Assembly (NCBI GenBank): GCA_030141605.1
Contig: JAQGDQ010000087.1
Location: 62,001 to 126,000, forward strand
Reading direction: 5' to 3'
DNA length: 64,000 bases
DNA from: Tubiluchus corallicola
Lineage: Eukaryota; Animalia; Priapulida
Each line of letters opens with the position of its first letter. The stretch's first letter is position 1. The notes under the pieces were generated by a model. It saw only the letters and a program-made list of their open reading frames with translations, did not search any database and had not been told where the DNA came from. The position numbers were made by a program, and so were the translations under genes. Of this stretch, positions 23,120 to 52,513 are shown one piece after another.

Positions 23120-24375
23120 CGACAACTGGTGCTGTACAATGCTCAGTTTTGACACTGATGCCATACCTGAAATGCTGAAATGCTACAGGTGTCATGTAAC
23201 ATACCTGCATCATTAGATGTTAATATATGGTGGAATTCTTTATATATTCCGTTGAATAGATTTGTTTTATTCACTTTGTGTTAAATAAATAGATTGTTTG
23301 GTTAGCTTACTTGTGTCAATATACAAAGGTTTTTAGCAAAAAAAGTTGAAGTACACTGCCCGTTAATGGTCAATGGGTCGTTTTTAATTGCGAAAAGCGT
23401 AACTGGCATATATTCCTGAATTATTGCATGCATACATGCGTTTGTACATATTTTTGTATGCATGCTTCAGCAGTTTTTTGCAGATTTATCACTGAAGGAG
23501 GAAAATTGTGGTTTATTAAATATTTGTTTAATTTGCTGCAATCTTTTCATGACTGTCTGCATTTTGATTGCCGAGTGGTTTTCATAAAACTTCTCACCTG
23601 CTTCTACATATTCAATTGATCGCCATTGCTTAATTTTCACATGCATGAGTGGCTAGTTGCTTCTGATTGGCACAGCATTTATAAAAAAGATCAGTGTTAG
23701 TGTTAATTATAGTTAATTAATTACAATTGTTTATTCATAATAACTGTTCAAGTCCTGTACATAGAAACCCAAATGTTTTATGCACATCAAGTGGTTTACA
23801 CAGCTATCCGTAGGCATGTATGGAAAGATTGACAACCCTTGACCTGTCAATAATTGATTCTAGTAACATAATAAAATAATTATCATAATCTAAAAAAACG
23901 TGGTTTTTAAGAATTTTATTTTTAGATTAAATGTGTATTAAAATGGATTTCTACTTTGTTTTCAACTGTCTGCATGTTCGTCTTTAGTCGAGATTCGTAA
24001 TTCATATATCCGATATTCTAAGTCCTCATAAATGGACAAAATATGAAATGCTTTATGAAAATATTTAATAACACAAGTAATTGAACACGGCAAAACCTCG
24101 GTGTTTGAATTTTGAATCTAATTTGGGTTTATAAACAGTTTCCTGAATTTACTTGCTTCATTATATTTTACATTGAAGAAAACTTGGCCAATTATTTTAC
24201 ATAATTTGGGTAGATTCCAGTCCATCCTCAATTAGTTATTTTCAAGAGGTCATCTGGTTTAGTGTGCTTGATTCAGGGCTTGCATAGTGCTAAATTTTAT
24301 CAAAAAATAAGGAAGCACAACAAATGGACAATGTAAAATTAATGCTCATCAATTCTGCAAATCGATCCTAATTGC

Positions 24376-24381
24376 AATAAA
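24376..24381 (+). terminator. Candidate distal PHRF1 poly(A) signal (others at 23284 and 23870)
   Basis: AATAAA followed by T/GT-rich sequence just before strand composition flips. Confidence 0.4.
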
Positions 24382-24674
24382 ATTTCATTTCTCGTCTTAC
24401 TGTGCATTTAATATGTATTTACAATGCTTGTATTTTATACAAAAAACTGATTTCGATTTTGTATTGATAATTTTTGTTTTTGCAGCAAAAACATGAAAAG
24501 CTAGAGCAGCTGTTTGCCAATTTATAACAAAAAAAAACAAACAAACACGCATTTTACTAAATCGATAACTCTTCAGTATTTACCCTATATATAACAATAT
24601 GTAGGAATGCAGCAACTATGTATATATATAATATTATAACAACAGGGCATTAACACTTTCACTGGAAACTATCA

Positions 24675-24680
24675 TTTATT
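24675..24680 (-). terminator. Candidate PACSIN poly(A) signal
   Basis: AATAAA on the minus strand about 2.5 kb past the PACSIN stop. Confidence 0.35.
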
Positions 24681-27235
24681 AGTGTCTAAAAATGAAAATG
24701 TGGCTCACTGGTTATGGAAATTCGTAAAAATCACAGGAAGCAATGGAATGATGAAACAACAACACATTCTGTTACCAAAACAAAACAGATAAACTTAAAC
24801 TGGAAATGAAGTTGCTGTATTAACAAAAAAGAACAAAACTGTAGCATAACTCACGAATGGTCCACTTTACGTTTATAACATTCGACGATGTTCTCGAAAA
24901 TAATGTATCACAAATATATGTAGTGTACAGTATATAACTGCTGCCATTGTCTTAGTTTACTGGCATTGTTTGCACCATACTTCAGAAATGAAATCAGCAT
25001 TTAATATTGTTAACCTTTACAAAAAGTATTTTGCCATATATTAGTAGTTAAAATAAAAATGAAAATATCAACACTCACATGAGAACTTAACGTCTCAACA
25101 TACGTATGTGTAATTGGGTAGTCTTAAGAAGAGCATTAACTAGTGAAGCGAAAATCAAGTAATTATATGTGCACACTGGTGACTTTGCTACTGATATTTG
25201 AAATTGCTTTCACATTTCTAATGCTTATTATTACTTTACTAAAGAATATGTACAAACAATGAATACACTTGATAGCATAGACAACAAGTAACAATTAACG
25301 CTACCATGTTTTAACAGACTTCAGACATTAGCAACATAACAATGAGAACCGATTGTCTCTCACAGGCAGAAAAACGCTGTAACAATAGAATAATTATCGT
25401 AGAAATAAATAATTATCTAACGAATGATTAATACAAGTTCAAGAAATAAGTGTATAAAATGGTACAATTGCTAGAAAATCAATCACGACCTACAAAAACT
25501 CAATTTCAACCGTGTTAAAGTTTTAAATTTCTCTAACATTCGTGCAAACTGTTCTGACAATTGACAACTTCATTTAACAGTTTTTACACCTGATAGCAGA
25601 ATGTCTGAACTGTTCACAAATAGAGTACTTGTCACAAAATGCAAATTAATGTCACATAAATGTAACTTTAGTGAGACGTGCAGCACAAAAGTGCTGGCGA
25701 AGCAGAAAAACGAACAAAAAATGATTAATATGAAAATAAAGTTGTTCAAATTCCAATACATAAAATTAATTGTACTCAAATGACCCGGCAAATTTGTCTA
25801 ACACGATTAACCCATTAATTTTGTCGCTTTTCGAAACACCTGAAGGTTTCTTGGAATGCATTTTACTGATATAACTGCAACATTTTGTTAAAATTTTCTA
25901 ATCAAAGAAAGTAAAGACCTTAAGAATTGCACCGCCATTATAGTTCAAACAGTAATACATGTGTAGTCAAGTCAGCAACAAAAGGTAAATATCCTAGCAA
26001 CAACATACCTATATCACATTTCACTTGTTTGCACTGTAACATTGGATAACACTGAAACACAATGTAAGCAACTGAATCTAGAGAAATTTCATGTTTATTT
26101 CCAACGCTGAAGTCTCTTGTTGCTACTGAGGTGACATAAAGATGAAGATACTCACACAAAGTTCAATTTATCTACACTATGATTGTGCAACATGTCACGT
26201 CATATTCTGCATCCAACCGACGTCAAAGAGTTCACTCATCAATCCATGCTTGCTAAAACAGAAAAGGCATTTTTCAATTGAACTGTTGCTGTTCAGTGAA
26301 AAATCACACTGATAACTTGCAAGACTATTGTGAATAGGTTTGAGGTGCCAATGTTACAGCAGTTGATGCGGTGCAAACATGTAGAGTTGGTCTAAGAATG
26401 CTCGTGGTTAAGTTGGCTAGACTATCAACTACATAAAAAACAGAGAAATAAACACACTGACACCAAAATTCCAAAAGAAATTGAAGACAAATGACATCGA
26501 GAGTATTAATTGATGGAAAGTACTTCTAATAGTTGTAGTCTTCAGTTCCGGCTCATTGGTAGTAAGATGACATGGATGCAACTCGGACCGTATGTTCAAG
26601 TGATATACCCCTACACTTAAAATATTATGTATGTACACACATCTAGAATGGCAGTGCCTGCGGATGAATTTACCAAAACAGAAAGCGATTTAAATATATG
26701 AGTTATTATTAGTTTTATATAATTAATTAATCAAATTGTGAGCAGGTCAAAAAGTCTAACAGCTGTAAGTTGACGACTAGCTGTAGTTATTTGCATGACT
26801 AGGCTTATTGTTAGTTTGAGATTAAATATTTCCACTTGTCTCTCAAGCATTGTGACAAATGGAATAGTGAGTGTAAGAACAATTGCTTTCCACTGAAAAT
26901 CTATAGTTAAGTGGTACGAAATTAGAAATCAGTTCTCAACCATGTCAACAACTTTGACTCAGAATTATTGCTTAATCTTTTGCAGTCAATATTGTGATTA
27001 TTAATTATTAAAAAAACTATTACATTTTACAGTTTGAATTTGTAATGACAGATAATGGATGTTAACTTCATGCCGTCAAGCATTTTTAACACTCAAAATT
27101 ATTACAGTCACAGTAAAAAATAATTTGCAAGTTGAAATCAACAGTTTTTACTCAATACAGCAAAATTTTCAAAAGCTGTTTTAATCTGCAGTTTTTTTTT
27201 GTACCTACCATACTTCCAATCGACCACCAGCGAAA

Positions 27236-43102
<15,867 letters not shown>

Positions 43103-43622
43103 AATCAGCAGTCTTCAGCAGGGAAAACACAGTTAAGATGAACGAAACGTGATGCAGAAAAGTCTATTCATCCGTAGAAAAAATTTGCTAAACACCTGAA
43201 ATAAACAATGATTTGCCTTTAATAACGTGACGATAAAAATTATTTAAAGAATGTAAGGATATGGTCAAAGACTGACAATCCTGAAAGAGGAACTATTGAA
43301 CCGACAGGGCTCTATTTGACAGCGGCACTGTAATGTGCAGACATCCTACATCAACCAGGGAGCTGAATCAATCAATTTTCTTGACAGTCAATCTCAGCCA
43401 TGCATCCATTTACTGATCGGGTTCTTGGTTGCTCAATTTTAGTTTCACACAACACACACTGTGAAGACTTAATAAATCAGTATTATAATTTTGGGTTCAA
43501 ATTCCATGGCCACCCATAAACAATGGCACTCAATGAATAAAATCACAGAACTAATAAATCACAGTCATACTTATGCAAAAAATTTTTGGAATCAGATGAA
43601 TTGATAAAACTTTGCTGGAACG

Positions 43623-43880
43623 TATCATTCAACATAATTTATTTAACAAGTTTAACAAGAATAAATAAGTAACAAGTGGAAGCAGATGGCACAAGTGAGT
43701 TTTCAACTCAGTACATTACTGATATGTATATACATATATATATATTCTGATCTATTTCTACCTTACATATATACATTAGTATTGTCGTTGATTTGAAAAC
43801 TCACTACTCCCATCTGACTCCACTTCTTTCAAATTTATTTGTTCTTGTTAAACTTATTAAACAAATCATATTGAATAATA
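43623..43880. repeat. Imperfect inverted repeat, arms about 110 bp
   Basis: 43623-43730 is the diverged reverse complement of 43768-43880 (e.g. AAGTTTAACAAGAA/TTCTTGTTAAACTT, AGTGAGTTTTCAA/TTGAAAACTCACT). Confidence 0.8.
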
Positions 43881-44153
43881 CATGTAAGAATTTTAATATA
43901 TTAATATTGATTTGAACTGTTCATATATGGATTTCATATTTCTAGTCGAGCCGTGAAGTGTATGATGAGCAACATTACCATGTTCCATAACCTCCATAAA
44001 ATCACGGACAAGCCATTAAACTATTCTCGGCATTATATTGCTAGTGTTCCGTTGGGAGATCAAAATGGATAATAAACTAGATGTGTCGACAAGTCAGTAT
44101 CATAATAAAGGTCTCACTCCAGGGATACGTTCTTACGTTCTTGTCTCAGAATT

Positions 44154-44239
44154 ATGGGATACGAAGCAAGCTTAATAATATCGGATTATATATCTGATTA
44201 AAACAAATCCGATATTATTAAGCTTGCTTCGTATCCCAT
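44154..44239. repeat. Perfect 34-bp inverted repeat with 18-nt loop
   Basis: ATGGGATACGAAGCAAGCTTAATAATATCGGATT (44154-44187) and its exact reverse complement (44206-44239). Confidence 0.97.
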
Positions 44240-45706
44240 TATATATATATAATCTTTATTTGCCATAAAAAAAAAATCGATATTCATAACTATAAAAGCG
44301 TAAAAGAACATCCCAGCATGAGAATAAAATTCACACAACTGTTAAAGGCAAATGCGTCCAGTGCAAACTGAAAACTACTGTGCCAAAAATTTAAAACGAT
44401 CTTAAAAACCAATAATTAGATTATACAATGTTGATAAATAAACTAGTAACAATTCAATAGGATTATACACGAATGTTTCATTTTCACAACTAACAGACAG
44501 ATTATATATAGTACTGGGATTTAGTCTGCAGTTTGTACTAATAAAACATCTTCAGGATTCAGATTTAAGTTCATGCACTACATTGGCATTTATGTACTAA
44601 ACGCTTATAGCTGAGCGTTATGTATGGAAAGCGTGGGAAGAACTGGCAATCCAACTAAAACAGTTGTTAAAACAGCCGCTAAACAAATAATTGTACTACT
44701 AAATACAAAAGCATTTACTTTTGTTTTGCATCCTGTTTACTTCAATATAACAACACAAAAGTGTTGTAGAAAAGTTTACATGTTAATGGAATAATGAATA
44801 ATAGTAAATACTACACTTCCATGCCAAAAAACACATACCAGCTACTGTTATATTAACACGCAAAGCTCAACTTTCAGAAAATGTGACCAGGGATTTAATT
44901 AATTCACAAATAACACAGTTTTATATTTTGTCAAAAATTAAATTGCGCCATCTGTTTGATTAGCTGTTATTTGCTGTTACATATTGTACGTATACATATA
45001 TAATTACTCTATAATATATATAGAACTATAGAATTACTAATTACAAATTTATCTATACAGCTTCTGTAGAGAAATACTCCTAGACCAAATGCGGGTGATT
45101 AGGCTAGCCGCCAGCGTCTCCTCAATCCCATCATCAGCCAGGCGAAAGTAGCTCAAATTGATCAAGTAATCGAAATCAAAGATCACCATCGATTTCACAG
45201 GACCACCACTATTTCCATATGAAATAAGAATGCCTGCATCACGTACATGAAGCCATTGACACGGTCAACGTGACCGGGAATATTCAAGCTAGCTTTCCCA
45301 TAATCGCTGCGTAAGGAAGAAAACCACTTAAGGCTAAACTACGCCTTGTGGGCTTCGTACGTGTTGGCGGTTTCTGGAAAACGTTCTACAGTGGCCTTTA
45401 ATTGCAGTGGCCGAGAGTGGCTTTTTACAGCAGTTAAAACTTACGACCGAAAAAAAGTGTAACGAATGAAAAGGTTTACCGAATTGAAAAAGTGCAAAGT
45501 TTCTAATTAACAAGACTTATAATACCAAAAAAATCAGTCTGTGGATCCGAATTGAATGAAATTTAGCAACTCCGAAAATTAAAAGTAATGAATGAATATA
45601 GGTTTGATAAACCTCTGTATGCATACCAGTTAAGTAGATTACTATTAAAACACTTATTATTTAAATTTGCACGATAGCCAGTTTGTTTCTGTCTGAGCAT
45701 ACTGAA

Positions 45707-45900
45707 GTGAGTAAGTGAGTGAGTGAGTGAGTGAGTGAGTGAGTGAGTGAGTAAGTAAGTAAGCAAGTTTATTAGTTTATCACCATTTTTAAAATAGCAA
45801 TATACATAACTAACAGATTTATAAATCTATACAACATACAATAATGTTACAAAGTGCAAAAGTAATTATTGATTAGTGGTGAAAGGGTCACTGGAAAAAA
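45707..45900 (-). repeat. (GAGT/AAGT)n microsatellite, probably the tail of a minus-strand LINE 3' end
   Basis: Tetranucleotide run 45707-45763 directly follows a minus-strand AATAAAC. Confidence 0.6.
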
Positions 45901-48900
45901 ATGTTTTAGTAGTTTAGTAGAAATTTTTGGGGTGCAGTTACGCCTTCCCTGTCTACCACCAGAATTCAGTTTGCAATAAAACAAAACAGCGTTTTAAAAA
46001 TAAAAACCGTACTGTTTGCAGAAAACAGACAAATCATAACAGCTTCCTACAAGTTGTTTAGTCATTAAAAGTTTTAAAACGCAAATTGATTCAACTTTTT
46101 AGCAAAAATTGCCTAAGGAAAAACACAAATTAAAGCTAAATGATAACTCTGACAGCACTCTTAGCAGGTAAATGAATGAGGTAACAACTAAATATCTAGA
46201 ATTAATTCAACTGAAAAATTGAGGTCAAACACATTACAAAAATTAGACGAGTTGTCATAGCAATGTAAGTCAAGTACAAAGGCATTTTCAAAAGCATACT
46301 ATTTCACGAACCAACTAAATCGATCTGAACTATTCTCTAGACAGATTTTGAAAGGCGTCCTTTTACAGCGCACTTAATGGAAGTTAAGCAATTTGTAATC
46401 GCCTTAAAGGATATATATTATATCGGATCTTTCGCTCTATAAAACTTTACGCAAGAAATTTTGAACATTCAATGAGCAACGTGGCTTTTCGTTCTTTTTC
46501 AGTTTTCTTTAAGAATTTCACACCTTCCATCACCATCCTCAATGAGCTATTGACGAATGGTTCTCGAAGGGTAGAAATTGGATACGCAAAGCCAGTAACA
46601 ACAACCGTTGTAAACTTCAACTTGGTAATAATAAACATCGATAAAATGACGACAGAAATGAGAGTAAATAAGCCACATTTTTTGAGCTAAGCTTATTACA
46701 ATTTTCCACTAGATCACAGATGCTAAATCCGCAACGAACAATGCAAAAACACTATTGCGGTCAGTACATCATCCCAGTTTGCAATAATAATCAGCTAATG
46801 ATTACCTGAATGTGTAGCTTGCGGTCAGATTTTGTAGCGTCATAATTAATGATTATCGTTAAACAGGTAAATACGTGAAGCAGTTGAGTCCTTTAGTCAC
46901 GACTTCATTCATAGGCGTATTGAAGTATGAAAAACTTTATTACCAAGACAAAAAACCGTAATCTCAGTTATCTCAAGTACATAACAAAGAGAAAGAGAAC
47001 GAGACTGTGCCACACGCTGTAACCTCAATTGCTGTTTATGCCTTCAGCCATAACAGTTAAGTGTGACCAGATTCACAAAATGTTAATAGACTGAGAGCTT
47101 TGACCGTGTCAAACGTCACACAGTTAAACGTGATGGTTAATTGTTTAAACCTAGTTTAGTTAGTGCTGACACTAGTTTTACTTCTGACCCTTTTTTACTT
47201 GTCACATTAGACAAGTGAATGGCATAGTCAAACTTTTTGCGGCTGATATTGGAGCTGCTCAGTGAGTAAACAAATGCTAAACAGTCTTATGGAGTAAAAT
47301 TAAACTTTGGTGTCAGTTTGTAGTAACTAGTGGTAGTAGTTGTAATAGTCACTTTTGATAAAATATGACAACTTTAATTGAATTTAACTGATTTACATTC
47401 CAAAACTGGATAATCAAAACAAAACATTTCTTGGCTTGTACCATATCATAACCATTTAGCTAGTATGTAAACAAGTTTGAGTTTCACCAAAGTATCCACT
47501 GTTTGTGTGTTTGAAGCAACATCCCACGTACAGCTGCATTAACTAACATACAAAGATCATATTTACTTCTTAAAATCAATATACTCAAAATTCCACACAA
47601 AACTAATAAAAGAACTCGTCCGTCATTGCGTGTTTATTTCTAAATTTAGTTTATCCTGAATATGTTCAATCGGCCATTCTTTCTCTTGCCTGTGACCTAC
47701 CTTTTTCTGTGAAAATGACCAAAAAACCCACAATCCGTAACTACAGGCAGTGTAAAACAAATCAGTTATTTTGGTAAATGGCAAGCTACATGTTAACAAG
47801 CAATATCTTCAAAAGTTACATATACACAACCCGGGGTTTAATTTCTATTACAGACGTAGCCTATTTTTCTGTGAAACTAACCAAAATGTTCAAGGTAAAT
47901 AAGAAATTATCTATAAATGGGTGTAATTTCAAGATAAATAAAAAATTATCGATTTCCTCTCTAATTTATCTCAGCAATTATAGTACTGACACAAAATAGT
48001 TTTCAGTGGAGAACAGAGAAGAGTCCACCAGAAAGAGAAAGTGAACACACATTCTGAGAGTCGTTTTCACTGCATGAATTTAAATCCTACACAAGACTTA
48101 AACGAATTTAAATCCTATTACTTCAACCACTAAATTAAATGCGCGTAACGGATGAGTGTCATAACTTCACAGTATTGAACAATCAAATGATTTCAGAAAT
48201 TAAAAAAGTGATCCATGAAAATTGTATATACATTTCCAAAACATTTTGTTGAAATATCACAACTAGGCCAGATGTATCAATCAGAACTATCTGTCACAAA
48301 CGCGCAATAATGTCAGTAGCTAATCAACATGTCCACAGGTTATATATTTCAGTGAAGATATAAACTCGTAAATCAATAAAGACATATTGTATAAAGCTAT
48401 ACCCTTTCTGTAAGCCTATATGAGACAACAGCATGACTGTGTGACCATAAAACTGGTTACTTCCAAGCAATTACAGTTAATCATTTAACAAATCCTGAAA
48501 ACGCCCACTCACAGTGCAAAAGGTATTTCTGAAATGTTGACAGCTCATGCGTGGACCAAGCCCTTGACTCTCAAGTCTTGAGTTGACCATCACCTAAGGC
48601 TACGTTCACTTGCATGGCTTTAAATAAGAAATAACTTCCTGCTTATAGTTTCTAGTGTCATTGCTTACTTTTTGACTGACTTGTAATTTTTTAAATAGGC
48701 ATTGTTAAATTTAATAGTTTACAATTTTATTTTAATTTACAAGCTTTCATTGCATTCTTAGTCAAATTTCAGAACACAAATTTTGTGGAACCAAAATAAC
48801 CTAGAATTGTTTAAGTAAAATGCCTAAAGGTACAATTTACCAATACATACTGTTTGTATATGTAAAAAACCTAATAGTAGCAACACTGTTTGTGATGTGT

Positions 48901-51900
48901 TGTATTGTATCATGAGTTGCTGATGAATACGAACTAGATACTAAAAAATAACAAAATACATAGGAGCCAGTCACGTGCTAGAAATTTGAATAATAAAAAA
49001 CATATTGTACTACAAAAACGCACACACAATTTCGTAATACAGATATAATTTCAGAAGCAAATGAAACCGTGTTCTGTTTCAAAACATCAAAGTGCCTACA
49101 TGTTTACCAAGTTGAAAAAATTAAATGCAAAACACCCTCGTGCGCATGCACAACAAATTCTCTGTGTTGTACTACAGGAAGCAATTTCACTTGGTGAAAT
49201 CTGTTATAGTTAAAGGGATAATTAGTTTACACTATAAACGAGTTAATGGCGAATAAATTTGTTTCATGTTTTCAATTCCTTCAAATTCAATTGCTTGTTA
49301 AAATGATGCGCTACATGCACGATGCGCAAAGATCTCTTAAAAGCTCTCCTAAAAGTGATTTACTGTGCCATCGGGGTCTATTCTAAGCAAACGAGTCTAT
49401 ATAAAAATGCATCCTCGGCTTCATTTGGAAAGCACGTAAGATGATAATAAAAAATTGAGCACAATATTAAGGGTATCACGGAAACGACCCTCTCCCCCTC
49501 CGCCACACACATTGTGCGGAAGAAACCGAAGGCTTTGGATGAAAACCGACATAATCACGCGAAAGAAAATTAAATTTTGAACAAAAAAGCACATTTTACT
49601 ATATAGCGCATGGCCACCATAAATCGGCTGGAGTGCAATTTTTACTAGCTTTCAATGGAATTCTGGGAACGATCTCATAACTGATTTGTTCAATAACTCT
49701 GTTGACTTTTGATTTCTAACTATAGGAAGTGAAAATAATTTTAAAAAGGAGATTTTTGCCAATTAATACGCTAAATAAAAATTTAAAAAATACGTTTTTA
49801 TCTACTTGTGATTAGTATAGCGGAAGTAATCATTTCCTGACACTCTGAGATTTTTACAAAATGCCAGTGAAATCGTGGCAGTAGAACTATGATTACTGAT
49901 TGACCAAAAAGTGGGAAATATTAAACAGTCGAAAAAAGTAAGCATAGGCTCCAAATTCTGCCAATCTACGCGTCTAAGTCGCTTAGAAACGTACAACGGC
50001 TGTTCTATGCCGTTATGCCGAATACTTATCCAGCCAGTAATAATAAATGTTTCATGAAATAGTCAAAAATACCCAATGCAAAAAATAGACGGAATTAAAT
50101 AGCAGAAAACAGAATAACATATGCCGCAACACACAGTAAATTCGATAGAACACCTGTCACCAACGAATACAGAATCACATACAGACCTCACATACGCTGT
50201 ATTTTATACAGCACTTAACTGAATTCTACCTATTCGTGTCATTCTGTACAAAGTCGAAGCATGCGCAACAATATGTTGTACGTATACTGTATGAAATAAA
50301 GTACATAACAGTATTAATCATCAGTTCATGTGATTCATTGGATGTCAATTTATTTTATGGGCGTGCGGTATAAAACTATAATCATGATATCGAAAAATTA
50401 TTAGAAAATACTAAAAGCAGATAAACTTTTTGACGTCAGCTTCTACAGAAAAATATTAAATGAGCGAAAAATGACGAATTAGGTCTACTTTGAATATTTT
50501 ATACCATATACATTCTTGAATACAATTTTCACGTTTTGGACACCAAATTTTCTTATATGCAACCCATATAGTATGAGTATTTATTTTCTTTTTCCCAAAC
50601 AATATAGATGGTCCATCAAGTAAGGAGATATACGGTTGCTAGCCTAGGATACAGGTCCTTAGAACTATAGAGTGCTTAACTAATTTATTGGTAATAATTG
50701 ACGTCCATTTATGTTCGTCTTGAAACAAATAGGGAAACACTTTCTGGAAAAGAATGCCAAAGATATGAGGCTCGAGGGAAAAAGTGAATTTGCGGGCGCC
50801 TACACTGCATCTTGAAATGTCCAGGCAGAATTACGAGTAAGCAAACTCACTGGAATGTGCTTATAAATTTATGGCATCGATTTAACTGTAGCGTGTTGCT
50901 ATCACATTAACTTTGAAACATACGATGTGGATGCCCTCAATATGTATAAAGTAAATACGTATTAGCAAATATTAATGTATATTGAATAAAGCCGTACACA
51001 ACACAGTACCCATGGATACACTATAACACTGATGCTGCATTCATGCACAAATAGTTAAGAAATAGTACCTCAGTGACACAAAGTTGCATCATTTTATAGA
51101 GTCCATTGATACATGATCTACCTACAGTCACAAACCGTATTATAAATGCGAGATTTTTGGTGCCTAATCTTTCTAATCGTCAATGTATTGTGAAAACTAG
51201 GAAGTGATCATTTTTCAAGCCACGGGTCATGACCAATTTTATCTATTACAGATCTGCAAGTGGTCACAAACTATTAAGCATTGCATTCACGCGTCGGTTT
51301 GTTACACTGGATATAGTTAAAAACTTACACAATGGTCGTTACGCTAGCAGCATTTAAAATAATAAAAATGCTACATGCATAACACAAGCACTTATTTTAC
51401 CAGTGATTCAGTGAACACAGCTAAAAACAAGTACAAGATACATGTAAAACGCAATGTTTATTATACAAACGTTTACGGACTTTTTACATAAATGGCATCA
51501 CAAGTTTAATATAACTACTAAAAATTCAATGTTACTTTAAATTTTATTACTGAGTATTCTGTGTACAAGTTCAAATCTCAGCGTTACAATGATAAAAATA
51601 TTACATAATATTTTCAATGAAAAAAATTCCAAAAAAGAGAAATTCCTAAAATTAATGTCTTAATACTTGAAAGACAAAAAGACTGATTAACCCCCTCTTC
51701 AAGCTATCACCATTTGAGAAATTTTAAATAATTTTTATAACCACTTTATCTCTGACACAATTTTAATACGTGCCATATATTAATGTTTTTATGTGATTAT
51801 TTCGAGTTATCCTATGAATTCACTAAGTTTATAAGGCTGGATTTTAAATTACACTAATTTTTTAATGAAAAAAATTAAATTACTATCAGTTATTTCACAC

Positions 51901-51949
51901 ACAGTTCCTGGGTGACATAGAGCACAAATGTGCCAATTTCTTTACAAAG

Positions 51950-52513
51950 TTACGAGATACCAACTGACATTTCGTCAAGGTCAAGGTCAGAATTATTTTT
52001 CAACAATGATGATACTTCTTTTACAAGGGCATTCCTATTTTCTGGTATTTCTGTAGATAATTTCTGCCATCGACTTGGAGGCCACACTATATGAGAAGCT
52101 TTAGCGTGTATAAGTCCAACAGAAACTGGACCAAAGTAATTACTGTCCATGCTAGCTTTGGAGTGGTCGCCCTCAATCCAACAATGGCCATTTGGAATTC
52201 TCACAAGGCGGCTTTTATAAGTCAAGCTTTTAACCAAGTCGCCTTCGATGGCTATTACCCGTTTAATTAACTTCTGGTCAGGGTCTCTAGGTGAAAGAAC
52301 AGAGACAATATCTCCACGTTCAACATCATTGTTCTTGATGACCCAACGGTTTAGCAAGACATAATCTGTCACCACTTTTTTGTCGTCTTCTGGATTGAGG
52401 ACAGGCTGCATGGAAGCACCCTCGACCTTAGCGACATAACCGACACAGTCAAAAAAGGTCACAGCAACCGGAATACTGACAACAACAGAACCTAGAAGTC
52501 TTTTCCAAGACAT
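51950..52513 (-). CDS. IMMP2L: Mitochondrial inner membrane protease subunit 2 (peptidase S26), intronless CDS, 187 aa
   Basis: GYVAKVEGASMQP (catalytic Ser), RGDIV, IKRVIAIEGD (catalytic Lys), GHCWIEGDH, DSNYFGPVSVGL, ASHIVWPP.RWQ; downstream minus-strand AATAAA at about 51543 and 51457. Confidence 0.95.
   Translation of the reverse strand: MSWKRLLGSVVVSIPVAVTFFDCVGYVAKVEGASMQPVLNPEDDKKVVTDYVLLNRWVIKNNDVERGDIVSVLSPRDPDQKLIKRVIAIEGDLVKSLTYKSRLVRIPNGHCWIEGDHSKASMDSNYFGPVSVGLIHAKASHIVWPPSRWQKLSTEIPENRNALVKEVSSLLKNNSDLDLDEMSVGIS

Noticed and set aside
46447-46638. Coding N-terminal extension exon for PACSIN
   Set aside because: An in-frame TAA at 43133 lies upstream of the PACSIN ATG, so any upstream exon must be non-coding
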